This document shows, one piece after another, positions 1 to 9,482 of a stretch of 64,000 bases of DNA (positions within the stretch are counted from its first letter, which is position 1; every line of letters begins with the position of its first letter). This DNA comes from an uncultured bacterium (GTDB lineage: Bacteria > Patescibacteriota > Saccharimonadia > UBA4664), in contig CAVRET010000002.1 of NCBI GenBank assembly GCA_963720265.1, forward strand, positions 136,704 through 200,703, read 5' to 3'. A program made the position numbers and the translations under genes. The notes under the pieces were generated by a model. It was not told where the DNA came from. It was given only the letters and a program-made list of their open reading frames with translations, and did no database searches.

Positions 1-325
1 TGTAAGCTTTTGCAAGCTCTACAACATCTCGATATATAGGTTGAAGACCTGGATGTTTCACCCGATATTCCCCGTTGAGCTGCTTGCATACGAGCTCTGA
101 GTCCATAAACGAATGTACACGTTGAGGCTGATATTTCTGTATGGCCTGAAGGGCTAACTTCACCGCCGTCCATTCAGCAACATTGTTGGTGCCGATACCC
201 AAATACTGGCCAAAATGCTCGATAACTGTGTCATCCATTGTCAAAATAACAACACCTGAAGCACTGGGCCCAGGATTCCCCCTCGATCCCCCATCTGTAA
301 AAAATTTTAGTTCATCAATTTGCAT
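1..325 (-). CDS. rnhA: Ribonuclease HI (RNase H), N-terminal part; the 3' end runs off the window start
   Basis: Minus-strand translation from the ATG at 325 reads MQIDELKFFTDGGSRGNPGPSASGVVIL...TNNVAEWTAVKLAL, the typical RnhA N-terminus (TDGxxxGNPGP, TNNxAE). A GAGG RBS lies upstream. Confidence 0.6.
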   Translation of the reverse strand, partial: MQIDELKFFTDGGSRGNPGPSASGVVILTMDDTVIEHFGQYLGIGTNNVAEWTAVKLALQAIQKYQPQRVHSFMDSELVCKQLNGEYRVKHPGLQPIYRDVVELAKAY

Positions 326-337
326 CGCAAATAAACC

Positions 338-895
338 TCACCTTGGTACGCTCTGCAGATCGCGCACCGACATAACTTTACCCACACAGGTCAAAAAAAA
401 CCTGACCGCGCTCGACTGGCCCAGCTCCCTGCTGGTATCACAGCAATCTTGCAGTACAAATACCTTGTATCCGAGCTGAGCAGCCGTGACACCGGTTTCA
501 CGCACACAGCAGTCGGTCTGCTGTCCCGTCAGATAAAGCTCTCGGACACCCGAGTCCGCCAGCACCTCCTCGAGCCCACTTTTCCAAAAGGCGTCATAAC
601 CGCGCTTGTGCAGCACCAGCTCACCGTCCAAAGGCGCCAGCTCAGCGATGACATTGGTATCTTTGCCTCCTTCCATCGCTTGTGGACGATGACCAATCAC
701 GTCGAGAATCGGATCATCGAGCCAAAACGCACAGTTAACATAGATTACTGGGATATCCCGCTTCCTTGCCCATGCTATCGCATGCTGAATATTTTCTATC
801 AGCCGGGGCCGCTTCTCCACGCGCACCAACGGCGTCTCGCCATATATGTAGAGATCGATCATGTCGAGCACCAGCAATGCTTTATCTGTCTTCAT
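338..895 (-). CDS. Isochorismatase/cysteine-hydrolase family protein (nicotinamidase-like)
   Basis: 185 aa ORF with a DIPVIYVN... core and a Cys-containing C-terminal block (VFVLQDCCDTS), typical of the isochorismatase family. Confidence 0.55.
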   Translation of the reverse strand: MKTDKALLVLDMIDLYIYGETPLVRVEKRPRLIENIQHAIAWARKRDIPVIYVNCAFWLDDPILDVIGHRPQAMEGGKDTNVIAELAPLDGELVLHKRGYDAFWKSGLEEVLADSGVRELYLTGQQTDCCVRETGVTAAQLGYKVFVLQDCCDTSRELGQSSAVRFFLTCVGKVMSVRDLQSVPR

Positions 896-914
896 TCCTA
901 AACCAATGATTACC

Positions 915-990
915 TGGTCGGGGTGACAGGACTTGAACCTGCGACCTCACGGCCCCCAGCCGCACGCGCTACCAACTGCGCCACACCCCG
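915..990 (-). tRNA. tRNA-Pro (anticodon GGG)
   Basis: Reverse complement CGGGGTG-T-GGCGCAGTTGGTAGCGC-G-TGCGG-CTGGGGG-CCGTG-AGGTC-GCAGG-TTCAAGT-CCTGT-CACCCCG-ACCA folds as a cloverleaf with anticodon GGG and an encoded CCA. Confidence 0.85.
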
Positions 991-1160
991 AAATGTACTC
1001 CGCACCACCGCCGGGCTTATCCAACTTTTCCCTGCGAATCGCAGGTGGGTGCCCTCAGTCACGCAGACCGCGGCCCCGGACAATCTTAGGCTCCCGTTGG
1101 TAATGGTACAGAGAAAAATTATGAGCCTTTAACGCGAGTGACGCAGAGTCAGACACTATT

Positions 1161-1790
1161 TTACGGCAAGGCAGCGCTTGGTACCAGTAATTGAACGATC
1201 GCTAGGACAATTTTACCCACAAACGGAGCTAAAAACTGGTAGCCGATGAGCATTACTGCCAGCAAAACGATAAATCCGGACTGCTCAATTCTGTCCATTA
1301 CGTCGCGTAGGGGCTCGGGTGCAACCGCGTACAGAAGCCTTGAGCCGTCCAGAGGCGGGAAAGGAATCATGTTAAACACGAATAAACTCACATTCACAAT
1401 AACCAATGCGCCCAAGAACAACGCAGCCACTGCATTGAACGGCACAATCCTAAACCATAGGGCAAAGAAAATTGCCAAAAACAGGTTGGTAAAGGGACCC
1501 GCCAGCGCCACCAAGGCCGCACCCCAGCGCCCGCCACGGACCGCCCAGGGATTAAATGGTACTGGCTTAGCCGCAGCAAATACCACCGGCGATCCAATTA
1601 GAATAAGCAACAGTGGTAGCGCTAGAGTTGCAAACGGATCGATGTGGGCCAAGGGGTTGAGGGTCAAACGCCCCTGATCCTTGGCAGTTGTATCGCCAAG
1701 ATAAAAGCCCATCAGCCCGTGAGCAAACTCGTGGAGTGTCAGTCCCAGCAGCAAAGCAATAAGTTGAGCAAAGATCTGCATACCCACCAT
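1161..1790 (-). CDS. Site-2 protease family (M50) zinc metalloprotease, membrane protein
   Basis: HEFAHGLMGFYLGD (HExxH) motif in a multi-TM 209 aa protein. Confidence 0.7.
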   Translation of the reverse strand: MVGMQIFAQLIALLLGLTLHEFAHGLMGFYLGDTTAKDQGRLTLNPLAHIDPFATLALPLLLILIGSPVVFAAAKPVPFNPWAVRGGRWGAALVALAGPFTNLFLAIFFALWFRIVPFNAVAALFLGALVIVNVSLFVFNMIPFPPLDGSRLLYAVAPEPLRDVMDRIEQSGFIVLLAVMLIGYQFLAPFVGKIVLAIVQLLVPSAALP

Positions 1791-1815
1791 TGTACATGAC
1801 GTTACGGTGAGGGCG

Positions 1816-1844
1816 TTGACTTATCAGATCATTTTCGCTAAACT
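1816..1844 (+). promoter_or_regulatory. Candidate sigma70-type promoter for rpmB (TTGACT-N17-TAAACT)
   Basis: TTGACT at 1816-1821, a 17 nt spacer and TAAACT at 1839-1844. An AGGA RBS follows before the ATG at 1872. Confidence 0.35.
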
Positions 1845-1871
1845 AGCCGAGTTATTTTAAGGATCACCGCC

Positions 1872-2111
1872 ATGGCATACGCGTGTGACATTACCGGCAA
1901 GGGCAAGCAATTCGGCAACTCTGTCCCGTTCTCTCAGAAAAAGACGCGCAAGGTCTGGAAGCCCAACCTACAGCCCAAGACAATCACGATTAACGGACAA
2001 AAAGTCCGGCTCAAGCTTGCTACTTCAACTATTCGTACGCTCAAAAAATGGGAGCGCGCTGAAACCGCAAAAAACGCCGCCGTAGATAATAAATCTGCGC
2101 CAAAGTCCTAG
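1872..2111 (+). CDS. rpmB: 50S ribosomal protein L28
   Basis: MAYACDITGKGKQFGNSVPFSQKKTRKVWKPNLQ... matches the L28 family pattern (CxxTGK...GNxxSHA/S..K..R...PNL). Confidence 0.8.
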   Translation: MAYACDITGKGKQFGNSVPFSQKKTRKVWKPNLQPKTITINGQKVRLKLATSTIRTLKKWERAETAKNAAVDNKSAPKS

Positions 2112-2138
2112 ACCCAGCGACCAATCGAGTCCGAGGGT

Positions 2139-2759
2139 TTACGAACTTCCAGCCCTATTGAGCAGGATTACTTGCGTCTCAGAAGGCGCTTCTTTTGATG
2201 TCAGTCTAAATTTTGATTGTGCTTCAGGCGTTGAGCCCATTTCTTTCAAAAAAGGGTCGGCATTATCCTGTGGCACTGGGTACTCAGTAACACCGTCATC
2301 GTAATGCACAGGAATAACGTAACTGGGCTCAAGCTGAGTCACGAGCGCCGCAGCTCCTTCGGCATCAAGTGTCAGCCCATGCCCGCCCACGGGCACAACC
2401 AGCACATCAATCTGCCCGAGATTTTCAACCTGATCGTCGTCCAGCTTGCCTGACAAATTGCCGGTTACAACTACGTTCACGCCGTCAATCACAACGCTGA
2501 AGGCTGTCCCGCGATGGCCTCCTTCGTCAATGTGCAAACGCGCCGGCACGCCCACAATCGTGGCACCCCTAACCTCATACTCACCCGGAGTATCAAACAG
2601 CATGGCATCTGCCGGCCGACCAAAAGCCTCTTCACCGCCGGTCGCTGACCAAGTTACAACATCACCTTTTGTCTTAACCCCGACAATCGGGTCACACACG
2701 ACTTCAACGTCCCGTCCGACCAGGCGCACGCCACCCCCTCCAAGGTATGTAATATCCAC
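2139..2759 (-). CDS. MBL-fold metallo-hydrolase
   Basis: 206 aa with a beta-lactamase-fold-like Gly/Asp/His-rich core (VVPVGGHGLTLDAEGAA...IPVHYDD). Confidence 0.5.
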   Translation of the reverse strand: MDITYLGGGGVRLVGRDVEVVCDPIVGVKTKGDVVTWSATGGEEAFGRPADAMLFDTPGEYEVRGATIVGVPARLHIDEGGHRGTAFSVVIDGVNVVVTGNLSGKLDDDQVENLGQIDVLVVPVGGHGLTLDAEGAAALVTQLEPSYVIPVHYDDGVTEYPVPQDNADPFLKEMGSTPEAQSKFRLTSKEAPSETQVILLNRAGSS

Positions 2760-3469
2760 TAGCGCCCCCGTCCTGGTCGCGGCATGAGCCGTACCGCTAC
2801 GGACTGAATTGGCTGTTGTCCGGCCAAATACTCACCAAAGCTGACGTCACTATGAGCCAGCGGCTTTTCCTGTCCATCAATAATCACGATTTTCTTTGCC
2901 TCAAGCACAGTTGTAATAAACCGATCGTTCAAGCTCAAACGATACTGATACTCCTCTGGAGACAACGCCGAATAATTCAGTTCGCGACCCATTTCCTTCT
3001 CCAAATCAGCCACTACTTTAGCCAAACGAGCTTTATTAATGTCGCCGACAACGAAAATATCAACGTTGGTACGATCATCGCGCGTAAATGTACCGGTCAA
3101 AAAAGCAAACGTTATGGACCCAGTGGACCGCAGTCGCTTAATAATCTTGTCCTCTTCTCGAGTCTCTTTCACCACCGGATCATGTGATTTAACGTGCATC
3201 GTTGTAAAAATTGCCCTGAGCTGCTCGTAATACTCGTATCTTGGGTTAACCTCGTAATATAGCCGGTTGTTTGAACCATCGGAACTAACAAGTCCGATCG
3301 AAAGTAAATTCGCCAGTTCCCGCCTAACCGAGTTGATCTGTTCATCAATCTTGCGAGTTATCTCACGGACATAAAATGGCCGACCGGGGTTGTTGAAGAA
3401 CAAGCTCAGTAGCTTAACACGAGTTTTCGATCCAAATAGTTGTTCGACCATAAAACCTCTCTCAGCCAC
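2759..3469 (-). CDS. Hypothetical protein, probable winged-helix DNA-binding N-terminus
   Basis: 236 aa ORF beginning KTRVKLLSLFFNNPGRPFYVREITRKI, which looks HTH-like. No enzymatic motif recognised. The start could be the internal MVEQ at 3451. Confidence 0.3.
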   Translation of the reverse strand: MAERGFMVEQLFGSKTRVKLLSLFFNNPGRPFYVREITRKIDEQINSVRRELANLLSIGLVSSDGSNNRLYYEVNPRYEYYEQLRAIFTTMHVKSHDPVVKETREEDKIIKRLRSTGSITFAFLTGTFTRDDRTNVDIFVVGDINKARLAKVVADLEKEMGRELNYSALSPEEYQYRLSLNDRFITTVLEAKKIVIIDGQEKPLAHSDVSFGEYLAGQQPIQSVAVRLMPRPGRGR

Positions 3470-3520
3470 ACATTCCGTCGCTAGGCAAAGTATACAAGAT
3501 GCCCACAGGTATGAAAAGCT

Positions 3521-4240
3521 CTATTGCGGCCTATTTACAGCCGTTTGTGCCGCCTCAAACTCAAGTGAATCATCGAGCGGCTCAAGCTCAGTAACCTTCC
3601 AACGCCGCTTGAGCGCTGCAAGTATCAAAAAATCCGCCAATTTCGGATTCTTAGGTAAAACCGGACCATGTAAGTAGGTTCCAATGGCATTCCGATACCT
3701 GGCGCCTTCAAGCCGGCTTTCACTATTGTTCCCAAAGCCTTTCCTGACCTTACCCAGCGGCTGCTGGCCGGATTCAAGCTCGGTCTGGCCAGAGTGGTTC
3801 TCGAACCCAACGAGTCTGCCAAACTCGCTTTCTATCGTAACGTTGCCGATCATTCGTTTAGTACTACCGGTTGTTGCAGCCCTAAATACCGAGATTCCTG
3901 GTATATCCTGCCCCTCCAACGTAGTGAAACCCCGGCCAAACAGCTGGTATAACCCGCAGACAACCAAGGCGGGCGCATCATCATCAATCAGCGCATTCAG
4001 ATGCTCGCCCCGTACTACTAGATCCGAACCAATCAAAAGTTGGCCAGAATCTTGACCACCGCCGCCAAAAATAATGTCAACCTCGTCCCAGTCGATTTTC
4101 CGCCCCAGCTCGACAGGTCTAACGAGGGCCTCGTAGCCACGCCATTCAATGCGCTTCTGAAGAGCAATGATGTTACCCAAATCGCCATAAATATTCATTT
4201 CGCCGGGATACAGATGGGCAATTACTAATCGTTTAGTCAT
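3521..4240 (-). CDS. gatD: Lipid II isoglutaminyl synthase, glutamine amidotransferase subunit (CobQ/CobB-type GATase)
   Basis: 239 aa with a GATase-3-like core (VVCGLYQLFGRGF, conserved Cys). It overlaps the upstream Mur-ligase-like gene by 4 nt, as in murT-gatD operons. Confidence 0.65.
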   Translation of the reverse strand: MTKRLVIAHLYPGEMNIYGDLGNIIALQKRIEWRGYEALVRPVELGRKIDWDEVDIIFGGGGQDSGQLLIGSDLVVRGEHLNALIDDDAPALVVCGLYQLFGRGFTTLEGQDIPGISVFRAATTGSTKRMIGNVTIESEFGRLVGFENHSGQTELESGQQPLGKVRKGFGNNSESRLEGARYRNAIGTYLHGPVLPKNPKLADFLILAALKRRWKVTELEPLDDSLEFEAAQTAVNRPQ

Positions 4241-5613
4241 GAACCCATCTCCGGAATGTGTACTAATTTTGACAACAGTTTACGAACTTCCAGCATTGCC
4301 GTATAGGTTGGCAGTATATACAGTGACTCCCCCCTAGGAGTAAACTCAATAGCCCGATTCAGCGCTGGGCCAAGCTCCGACACCATTTCAGATTTAATAC
4401 CTGCGTAATGAAGCCTCAAACGCATGTCTGTCGCGCGCAAACCGCTCACAATAACATTTGGCTGTCCGCCGGCAAGCACCTCAATCGGCACATCCCAAAG
4501 CCAGCTGACATCGCGGCCATCGGCTGCCAGATCATTTATTGCGATTAGCACTCTTTGCTCTTTACTGCCAACAAGAAAAGTTTCTATAATTTGGCTAAAC
4601 CCAACTGGATTCTTAATGAGCAGCAAATAAATCAGGCGGCCTTTGTAGTCAATCCGCTCAACTCGGCCAAACGCTGGCGAAGTCTTGGTCAAAGTGCTAA
4701 CTGAATCGCTTAAACTAAATCCTAAGCCTTGGCTCAAGCTTAAGGCGGCCAGGGCGTTGTAAAGATTATAATTTCCCGGCAACGCCAAAGATACGCTATG
4801 ACGTTTACCGTCGATTGCTACAGTGAAATTAGTACCAAGATGATCCGACTTATCAACGGCAGTGACAACAACGCTCGGACGCGGCCGGGAAAAATGTCCC
4901 CGATTACAACGATAATGACCAAGGTGTGCATAAAACTGTCGGCTAAACGTCAGCTGCTCACCACAAATCGGGCAGCGATCCGAATCAACTACTGTATTGC
5001 CGGCATTCGCCCGGCTCACGGGCAAGCCCTCTATCCCAAAGTAGTGTACCGCTGCCGGATCGTGCGCATACTTCGCCAAACTCACAACCAAAGGGTCATC
5101 GGCGTTGAGGTAAACATCGCACTCAGTTGCAGAAATACCACGTCCTATCATCGCTGCCGTTGTATCAAGTTCACCATATCGGTCAAGCTGGTCCCGAAAC
5201 AGATTGAGTACCACAATAGCTCTCGGTTGCAATTCAGCCGCAACCTTTGGCAAACTTGCCTCATCAACCTCAAACAACGCCATGGTGTAGCCACGTAAAT
5301 GGCCCGACCAAGTTGTAGCTGAAACAAAGGCCGAGGTGATTCCCCGCTTGAGGTTTGAACCAGTATTATTGGTCAAGACCTCCTCGCCGCCGCGCTCAAA
5401 CATTGCGACAGCCATTTTGGTGGTTGTAGTCTTGCCATTTGTACCAGTAACCAAAACAATACCATGCGGTAATTTAGACCCATACTTAGCCGCCAAATGA
5501 GGATCGAGTCGGTCGGCCACCAACCCGGGAAGGGCCTGGCCACGACCGCGCCCAGTCAGTCGGCTGAGACCGGCGGCGGTCTTGCTGAAGGCAATTGTTA
5601 GACCAGCTTTCAT
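4237..5613 (-). CDS. murT: Lipid II isoglutaminyl synthase, Mur-ligase-family subunit
   Basis: 458 aa with a Mur-ligase P-loop (VTGTNGKTTTTKM) and a Cys-rich ribbon (DRCPICGEQL...HYRCNRGH) characteristic of MurT. Confidence 0.7.
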   Translation of the reverse strand: MKAGLTIAFSKTAAGLSRLTGRGRGQALPGLVADRLDPHLAAKYGSKLPHGIVLVTGTNGKTTTTKMAVAMFERGGEEVLTNNTGSNLKRGITSAFVSATTWSGHLRGYTMALFEVDEASLPKVAAELQPRAIVVLNLFRDQLDRYGELDTTAAMIGRGISATECDVYLNADDPLVVSLAKYAHDPAAVHYFGIEGLPVSRANAGNTVVDSDRCPICGEQLTFSRQFYAHLGHYRCNRGHFSRPRPSVVVTAVDKSDHLGTNFTVAIDGKRHSVSLALPGNYNLYNALAALSLSQGLGFSLSDSVSTLTKTSPAFGRVERIDYKGRLIYLLLIKNPVGFSQIIETFLVGSKEQRVLIAINDLAADGRDVSWLWDVPIEVLAGGQPNVIVSGLRATDMRLRLHYAGIKSEMVSELGPALNRAIEFTPRGESLYILPTYTAMLEVRKLLSKLVHIPEMGS

Positions 5614-5620
5614 ACGTTCA

Positions 5621-6550
5621 TTATAGCTGAGAACGTGCTAGAAAGCGTTTTGCAAGCTCATACGCCTGCCCGCCGCGTCCTTCCTCTGTATCTGCGTCGA
5701 GCCAAATGATATCAGGATTACGTTTAAACCAAGTTTGCTGACGTTTAACCAATTGCCTGGTGTGTAAGCAGATAAGATTGGCCGCTTCATCCAGACTAGT
5801 CTTACCCTGCAAATAATCTACTATTTCGATATAACCAGGGCTCTTAAGCGGCTCGATCTTGCTTCTATAGTGTTCCAACAGGCCGACGGTTTCGTCCACC
5901 AAGCCTTGTTGAATCATCATCCGCGTGCGCCGTTCAATTCTATTATTCAGCTCGGCCGATGGTACTCGTAATCCAAGCAGCAAGATATTACCCGGTAAGA
6001 CTGTCAGTTGCTGCCGCGGTTGACCCAAGGTTTCCAGCGCCCGGATGACCCTGCGTGGATTTTTCAAATCAATACTGCTAGCTCGCTCCGGATCCTCGCT
6101 CTCAAGCCGCGCTACCAGATTGGCTAACGGCTCGCTCTCCAACCGTACTCGTTCCGCAGTTCGGGGTCCGGCTGGAAAACTATAGTTGTAAATAACACTG
6201 TATAGATACAATCCAGTACCGCCTACCAACATCGGTATCCTTCCACGACTCCAGATCTGCTCGCAAGCCTCCTCAGCCAGAGTTTTAAACAATGCTGCAC
6301 TCATTGCCTCATCAGGATCAAGAATATCGAGCAAGTGATGTGGAATTTTTGATCTTTCAGCAACGGTTGGCTTAGCCGTGCCAATACTCATCTCTCGATA
6401 AACAGTCCGGGAATCGCAACAAACAACTTCACCGTTAAATCGCCGTGCAAGCTCAATGCCAAGCGCCGTCTTGCCTGAAGCTGTCGGTCCAACAAGAGCA
6501 ATAAGTTTTTGGTTAGAGTCGCGCATCGGTGCTAGTGTTGCGGCCACCAC
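5621..6550 (-). CDS. miaA: tRNA dimethylallyltransferase
   Basis: GPTASGKTALGIELARRFNGEVVCCDSRTVYREMSIGTAKPT is the canonical MiaA N-terminus. Confidence 0.85.
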   Translation of the reverse strand: MVAATLAPMRDSNQKLIALVGPTASGKTALGIELARRFNGEVVCCDSRTVYREMSIGTAKPTVAERSKIPHHLLDILDPDEAMSAALFKTLAEEACEQIWSRGRIPMLVGGTGLYLYSVIYNYSFPAGPRTAERVRLESEPLANLVARLESEDPERASSIDLKNPRRVIRALETLGQPRQQLTVLPGNILLLGLRVPSAELNNRIERRTRMMIQQGLVDETVGLLEHYRSKIEPLKSPGYIEIVDYLQGKTSLDEAANLICLHTRQLVKRQQTWFKRNPDIIWLDADTEEGRGGQAYELAKRFLARSQL

Positions 6551-6927
6551 AACAATTTTTGTATATCAACATAGTAATCACTGCTTATTGCAACACCCTC
6601 AAACTCGAGTCGCCGCGCCTGTTCAGCGCGACCTCCATGAAATCCCGAAGCCAAGCCGCCGCTCTTATTAACAACTCGGTGCCAAGGCAAATCCTCCGGC
6701 CCATAATGTGCGATACCACCGACAATTCGAGCGGCTCGTGCATTGCCGCACAACGCCGCAAGCTGGCCATACGTCATCACCCGCCCGGGCGGAATCTCCG
6801 CCACATACCCATATACCATTTCCCGAAACTTCGAATCCGAATCCACGCCTAGACCTCCTGCCTGAGACGCCAGACACCGTCGACCCAACCATTCACCCCC
6901 GGATGAAATAACGTACGCTGATCCCAA
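6532..6927 (-). CDS. Alkyltransferase-like protein (ATL): MGMT/Ogt DNA-binding domain with Trp in place of the active-site Cys
   Basis: 131 aa. PWHRVVN replaces the canonical PCHRV, and the HTH block YGQLAALCGNARAARIVG is present. Confidence 0.6.
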   Translation of the reverse strand: MGSAYVISSGGEWLGRRCLASQAGGLGVDSDSKFREMVYGYVAEIPPGRVMTYGQLAALCGNARAARIVGGIAHYGPEDLPWHRVVNKSGGLASGFHGGRAEQARRLEFEGVAISSDYYVDIQKLLWWPQH

Positions 6928-7619
6928 CTCTGCTCATGCAAATCCCCCTCCCATTGATTTATTTTGATGTCCCTTATGGACACCCCGTCGCCGGTCTCGT
7001 AAGCACTGTCAGCATAAATTATAGAATTTTCAGCGAGCTCAAGCACCAATCCGATGTGATCCGCACCACGCTTGTTCGTCATACCAATCATATCCCCTGG
7101 CTTTATTTGGCTCGCACGCCTTATCTCATCCACTAACCGACGATCGAGCAACCGCCGAACTCCAGTTCGGTAAACCGAATCAGTACCCCAGATCCTTGAG
7201 GCGTCTTGCAACGGCATGAACACCGGCAACGGGTACTTACCCCGGCTTCTGGCCAACTCCGGACGCCGGCGATTGCGCTCCTCAATCTCCGGCCGATCAA
7301 TAACGAGAAATTGGGCCAAACGCAAACCAGATTGCTGGAGCCATTGATCCAGCACATGGTAAACAAAGCCGGAGCAGTCAACGCCTAATCCCTGACTGGT
7401 CATGTAGTTCCTCACTTCAGCAGTACTGTTTGAAGGAACCTGGCCCAACTTCAAGTTGCGATTAACAATGTACTCAAGCTGCCCAGGAGTCGCCTTTCCC
7501 CGATACGGAGCATCAAGCCAAAATGGATCCTCAGCCGAATTAATCCAATATGGCGCCCAGACCTGCAGTTCACCTATTCGTAAGCGATATCGTTCTGCGA
7601 TTGAACGTAGGTTTTTCAT
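6849..7619 (-). CDS. Papain-like / NlpC-P60 superfamily cysteine peptidase-like protein
   Basis: GVDCSGFVYHV (Cys motif) and a later DHIGLVLE (His) are present. The spacing is atypical, so the family assignment is tentative. Confidence 0.4.
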   Translation of the reverse strand: MKNLRSIAERYRLRIGELQVWAPYWINSAEDPFWLDAPYRGKATPGQLEYIVNRNLKLGQVPSNSTAEVRNYMTSQGLGVDCSGFVYHVLDQWLQQSGLRLAQFLVIDRPEIEERNRRRPELARSRGKYPLPVFMPLQDASRIWGTDSVYRTGVRRLLDRRLVDEIRRASQIKPGDMIGMTNKRGADHIGLVLELAENSIIYADSAYETGDGVSIRDIKINQWEGDLHEQSWDQRTLFHPGVNGWVDGVWRLRQEV

Positions 7620-9482
7620 TTACATCAAACTTTTGAGTGAGCGCTCAGCGACTTCTTGTTTCAAGTTTGATGTAAATTTATCAACAGATATCTTTCCGGC
7701 AAACTCACTGTGCCCCTGGCGCAACCTTGGGCTAAACTCATCTGTTTTCAGCTCCTGCTCACCAATAACGATCGTGTAAGGCACTTTTGCCACGCCGGCT
7801 GCCCGAATCTTCTTACCCACACTCTCAACTGAGTTATCAATTGCCACCCGCAAACCGGCAGACTCCAATTTGCCTCGGACCTGGTTCGCATAATCTGACA
7901 ATTCAGCTGAGTCATTGACCGGCGCCAGTCTCACCTGCTCCGGCGCCAGCCAAAGCGGGAATGCTCCCATGGTCGACTCAATCACGAGCACCATAAACCG
8001 CTCAATCGAGCCCATAATGGCGGCGTGAACCATCACGATCCGCTCGCGTCCGCCGGCCTCATTAATGCATGTCAGGTCAAAGCCTTCCGGCTGGCCAAAA
8101 TCAATCTGAACCGTTCCGGCTTGAAACTCGCGGCCAATTGCATCGCGACCCATAAAATCAAGCTTCGGACCATAGAACGCTGATTCGCCGAGACCATCAA
8201 TATAATCAACGCCCTTGGCTTCAACCACATTTTTGAGCTGCTGCTCAGCATGTGCCCACATCGCAGGAGTACCGAGGTATTTGTCCATTTGCTCAGGGTC
8301 GTGCCGACTCAGGCGTACCTGCAACTCAATCCCGAAAGTCTTATTAAATGTCGTAATGATATCCCAGATCTTACTAACCTCACTCTCGACCTGACCGGCC
8401 CTGGCAAACACATGGGCATCGTCTTGCGTAATGGCCCGCACCCGCGACAAACCCGAGAGCTCGCCGGTTTGCTCATCCCGGTATGCCATCGTCGTCTCAC
8501 GGTAGCGAATGGGCAAATCACGATAACTACGGGGCTGGCTGGCATAAATCTGCGTGTGATGCGGACACTGCATCGGCTTCATTGCAAATTCATGACCTTC
8601 GCGAGTTTTAATTCTAAACAGCTGCTCGGAAAACTTTTTCCAATGCCCACTCTTTAAATAGAGATCCTTTTTCGTGATGTGAGGAACGGTCACCGCCTGG
8701 TAGCCACCACCAATGGTCTGGCGCAATTCCTGCACATATCTATCCAGCTCTTCACGAATTATCGTTCCGCGCGGCGTAAAGAGCGGCAAGCCCGCACCGA
8801 CCAAATCCGAGAACACAAAAAGATCGAGCTCTTTCCCCAGTTTGCGATGATCACGCATTTCGGCTTCAGCCAGCATCTCTAAGTAGTTATCTAATTCCTT
8901 TTTCGTTGTAAATCCTACACCGTAAATTCGCTGCAACTGCGGATTCTTTTCATCCCCTCGCCAGTAGGCGCCGGATACGCGCATTAATTTGAAGGCACCA
9001 ACCTCTCCTGTCGATGCCACATGCGGTCCGCGACACAAATCAGTAAAGGGTCCGTCGGTATAAATGCTAACTTCTTCGACTTGATTGCCTTCATTCAAGC
9101 CCAATTGCGAGCGATCGATATCTTTAGCTACAGTGGTTCCATACTTTTTTAGATCATTTAGTAGGTCAACCTTGTAGGTCTGGCCTTTGTCCGCGAAGAA
9201 TTTGATCGCATCATCAAGCTTCATCGTTGAGTGCTCGAACTTATAGTTAGCCTTAACAATTTCGGCCATCTTACTTTCAATCTTCGCCAAGTCATCATTG
9301 CCAAGGCTATGCAGCAAATCCACGTCGTAATAAAAGCCGTTCTCTGCCACTGGGCCGATCCCAAACTTGGCGGTTGGGTAAAGTTCCTGAATCGCAGTCG
9401 CCATAATGTGCGCCAGCGAATGCCTCATGGCAAACAATTCCTGCTCATTTTGTTCAGATTGTTGTTGTAATTTACTCATCAA
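7620..9482 (-). CDS. thrS: Threonine--tRNA ligase
   Basis: 620 aa with class II aaRS motifs (RDHRKLGKELDLF, HRDLPIRY..., FRIKTREGHEF), a TGS/editing N-domain and a C-terminal anticodon-binding domain. Confidence 0.9.
   Translation of the reverse strand: MMSKLQQQSEQNEQELFAMRHSLAHIMATAIQELYPTAKFGIGPVAENGFYYDVDLLHSLGNDDLAKIESKMAEIVKANYKFEHSTMKLDDAIKFFADKGQTYKVDLLNDLKKYGTTVAKDIDRSQLGLNEGNQVEEVSIYTDGPFTDLCRGPHVASTGEVGAFKLMRVSGAYWRGDEKNPQLQRIYGVGFTTKKELDNYLEMLAEAEMRDHRKLGKELDLFVFSDLVGAGLPLFTPRGTIIREELDRYVQELRQTIGGGYQAVTVPHITKKDLYLKSGHWKKFSEQLFRIKTREGHEFAMKPMQCPHHTQIYASQPRSYRDLPIRYRETTMAYRDEQTGELSGLSRVRAITQDDAHVFARAGQVESEVSKIWDIITTFNKTFGIELQVRLSRHDPEQMDKYLGTPAMWAHAEQQLKNVVEAKGVDYIDGLGESAFYGPKLDFMGRDAIGREFQAGTVQIDFGQPEGFDLTCINEAGGRERIVMVHAAIMGSIERFMVLVIESTMGAFPLWLAPEQVRLAPVNDSAELSDYANQVRGKLESAGLRVAIDNSVESVGKKIRAAGVAKVPYTIVIGEQELKTDEFSPRLRQGHSEFAGKISVDKFTSNLKQEVAERSLKSLM

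Noticed and set aside
923-1132. 69 aa plus-strand ORF
   Set aside because: It overlaps tRNA-Pro on the opposite strand and is made of antisense tRNA sequence. No RBS and no coding signal.
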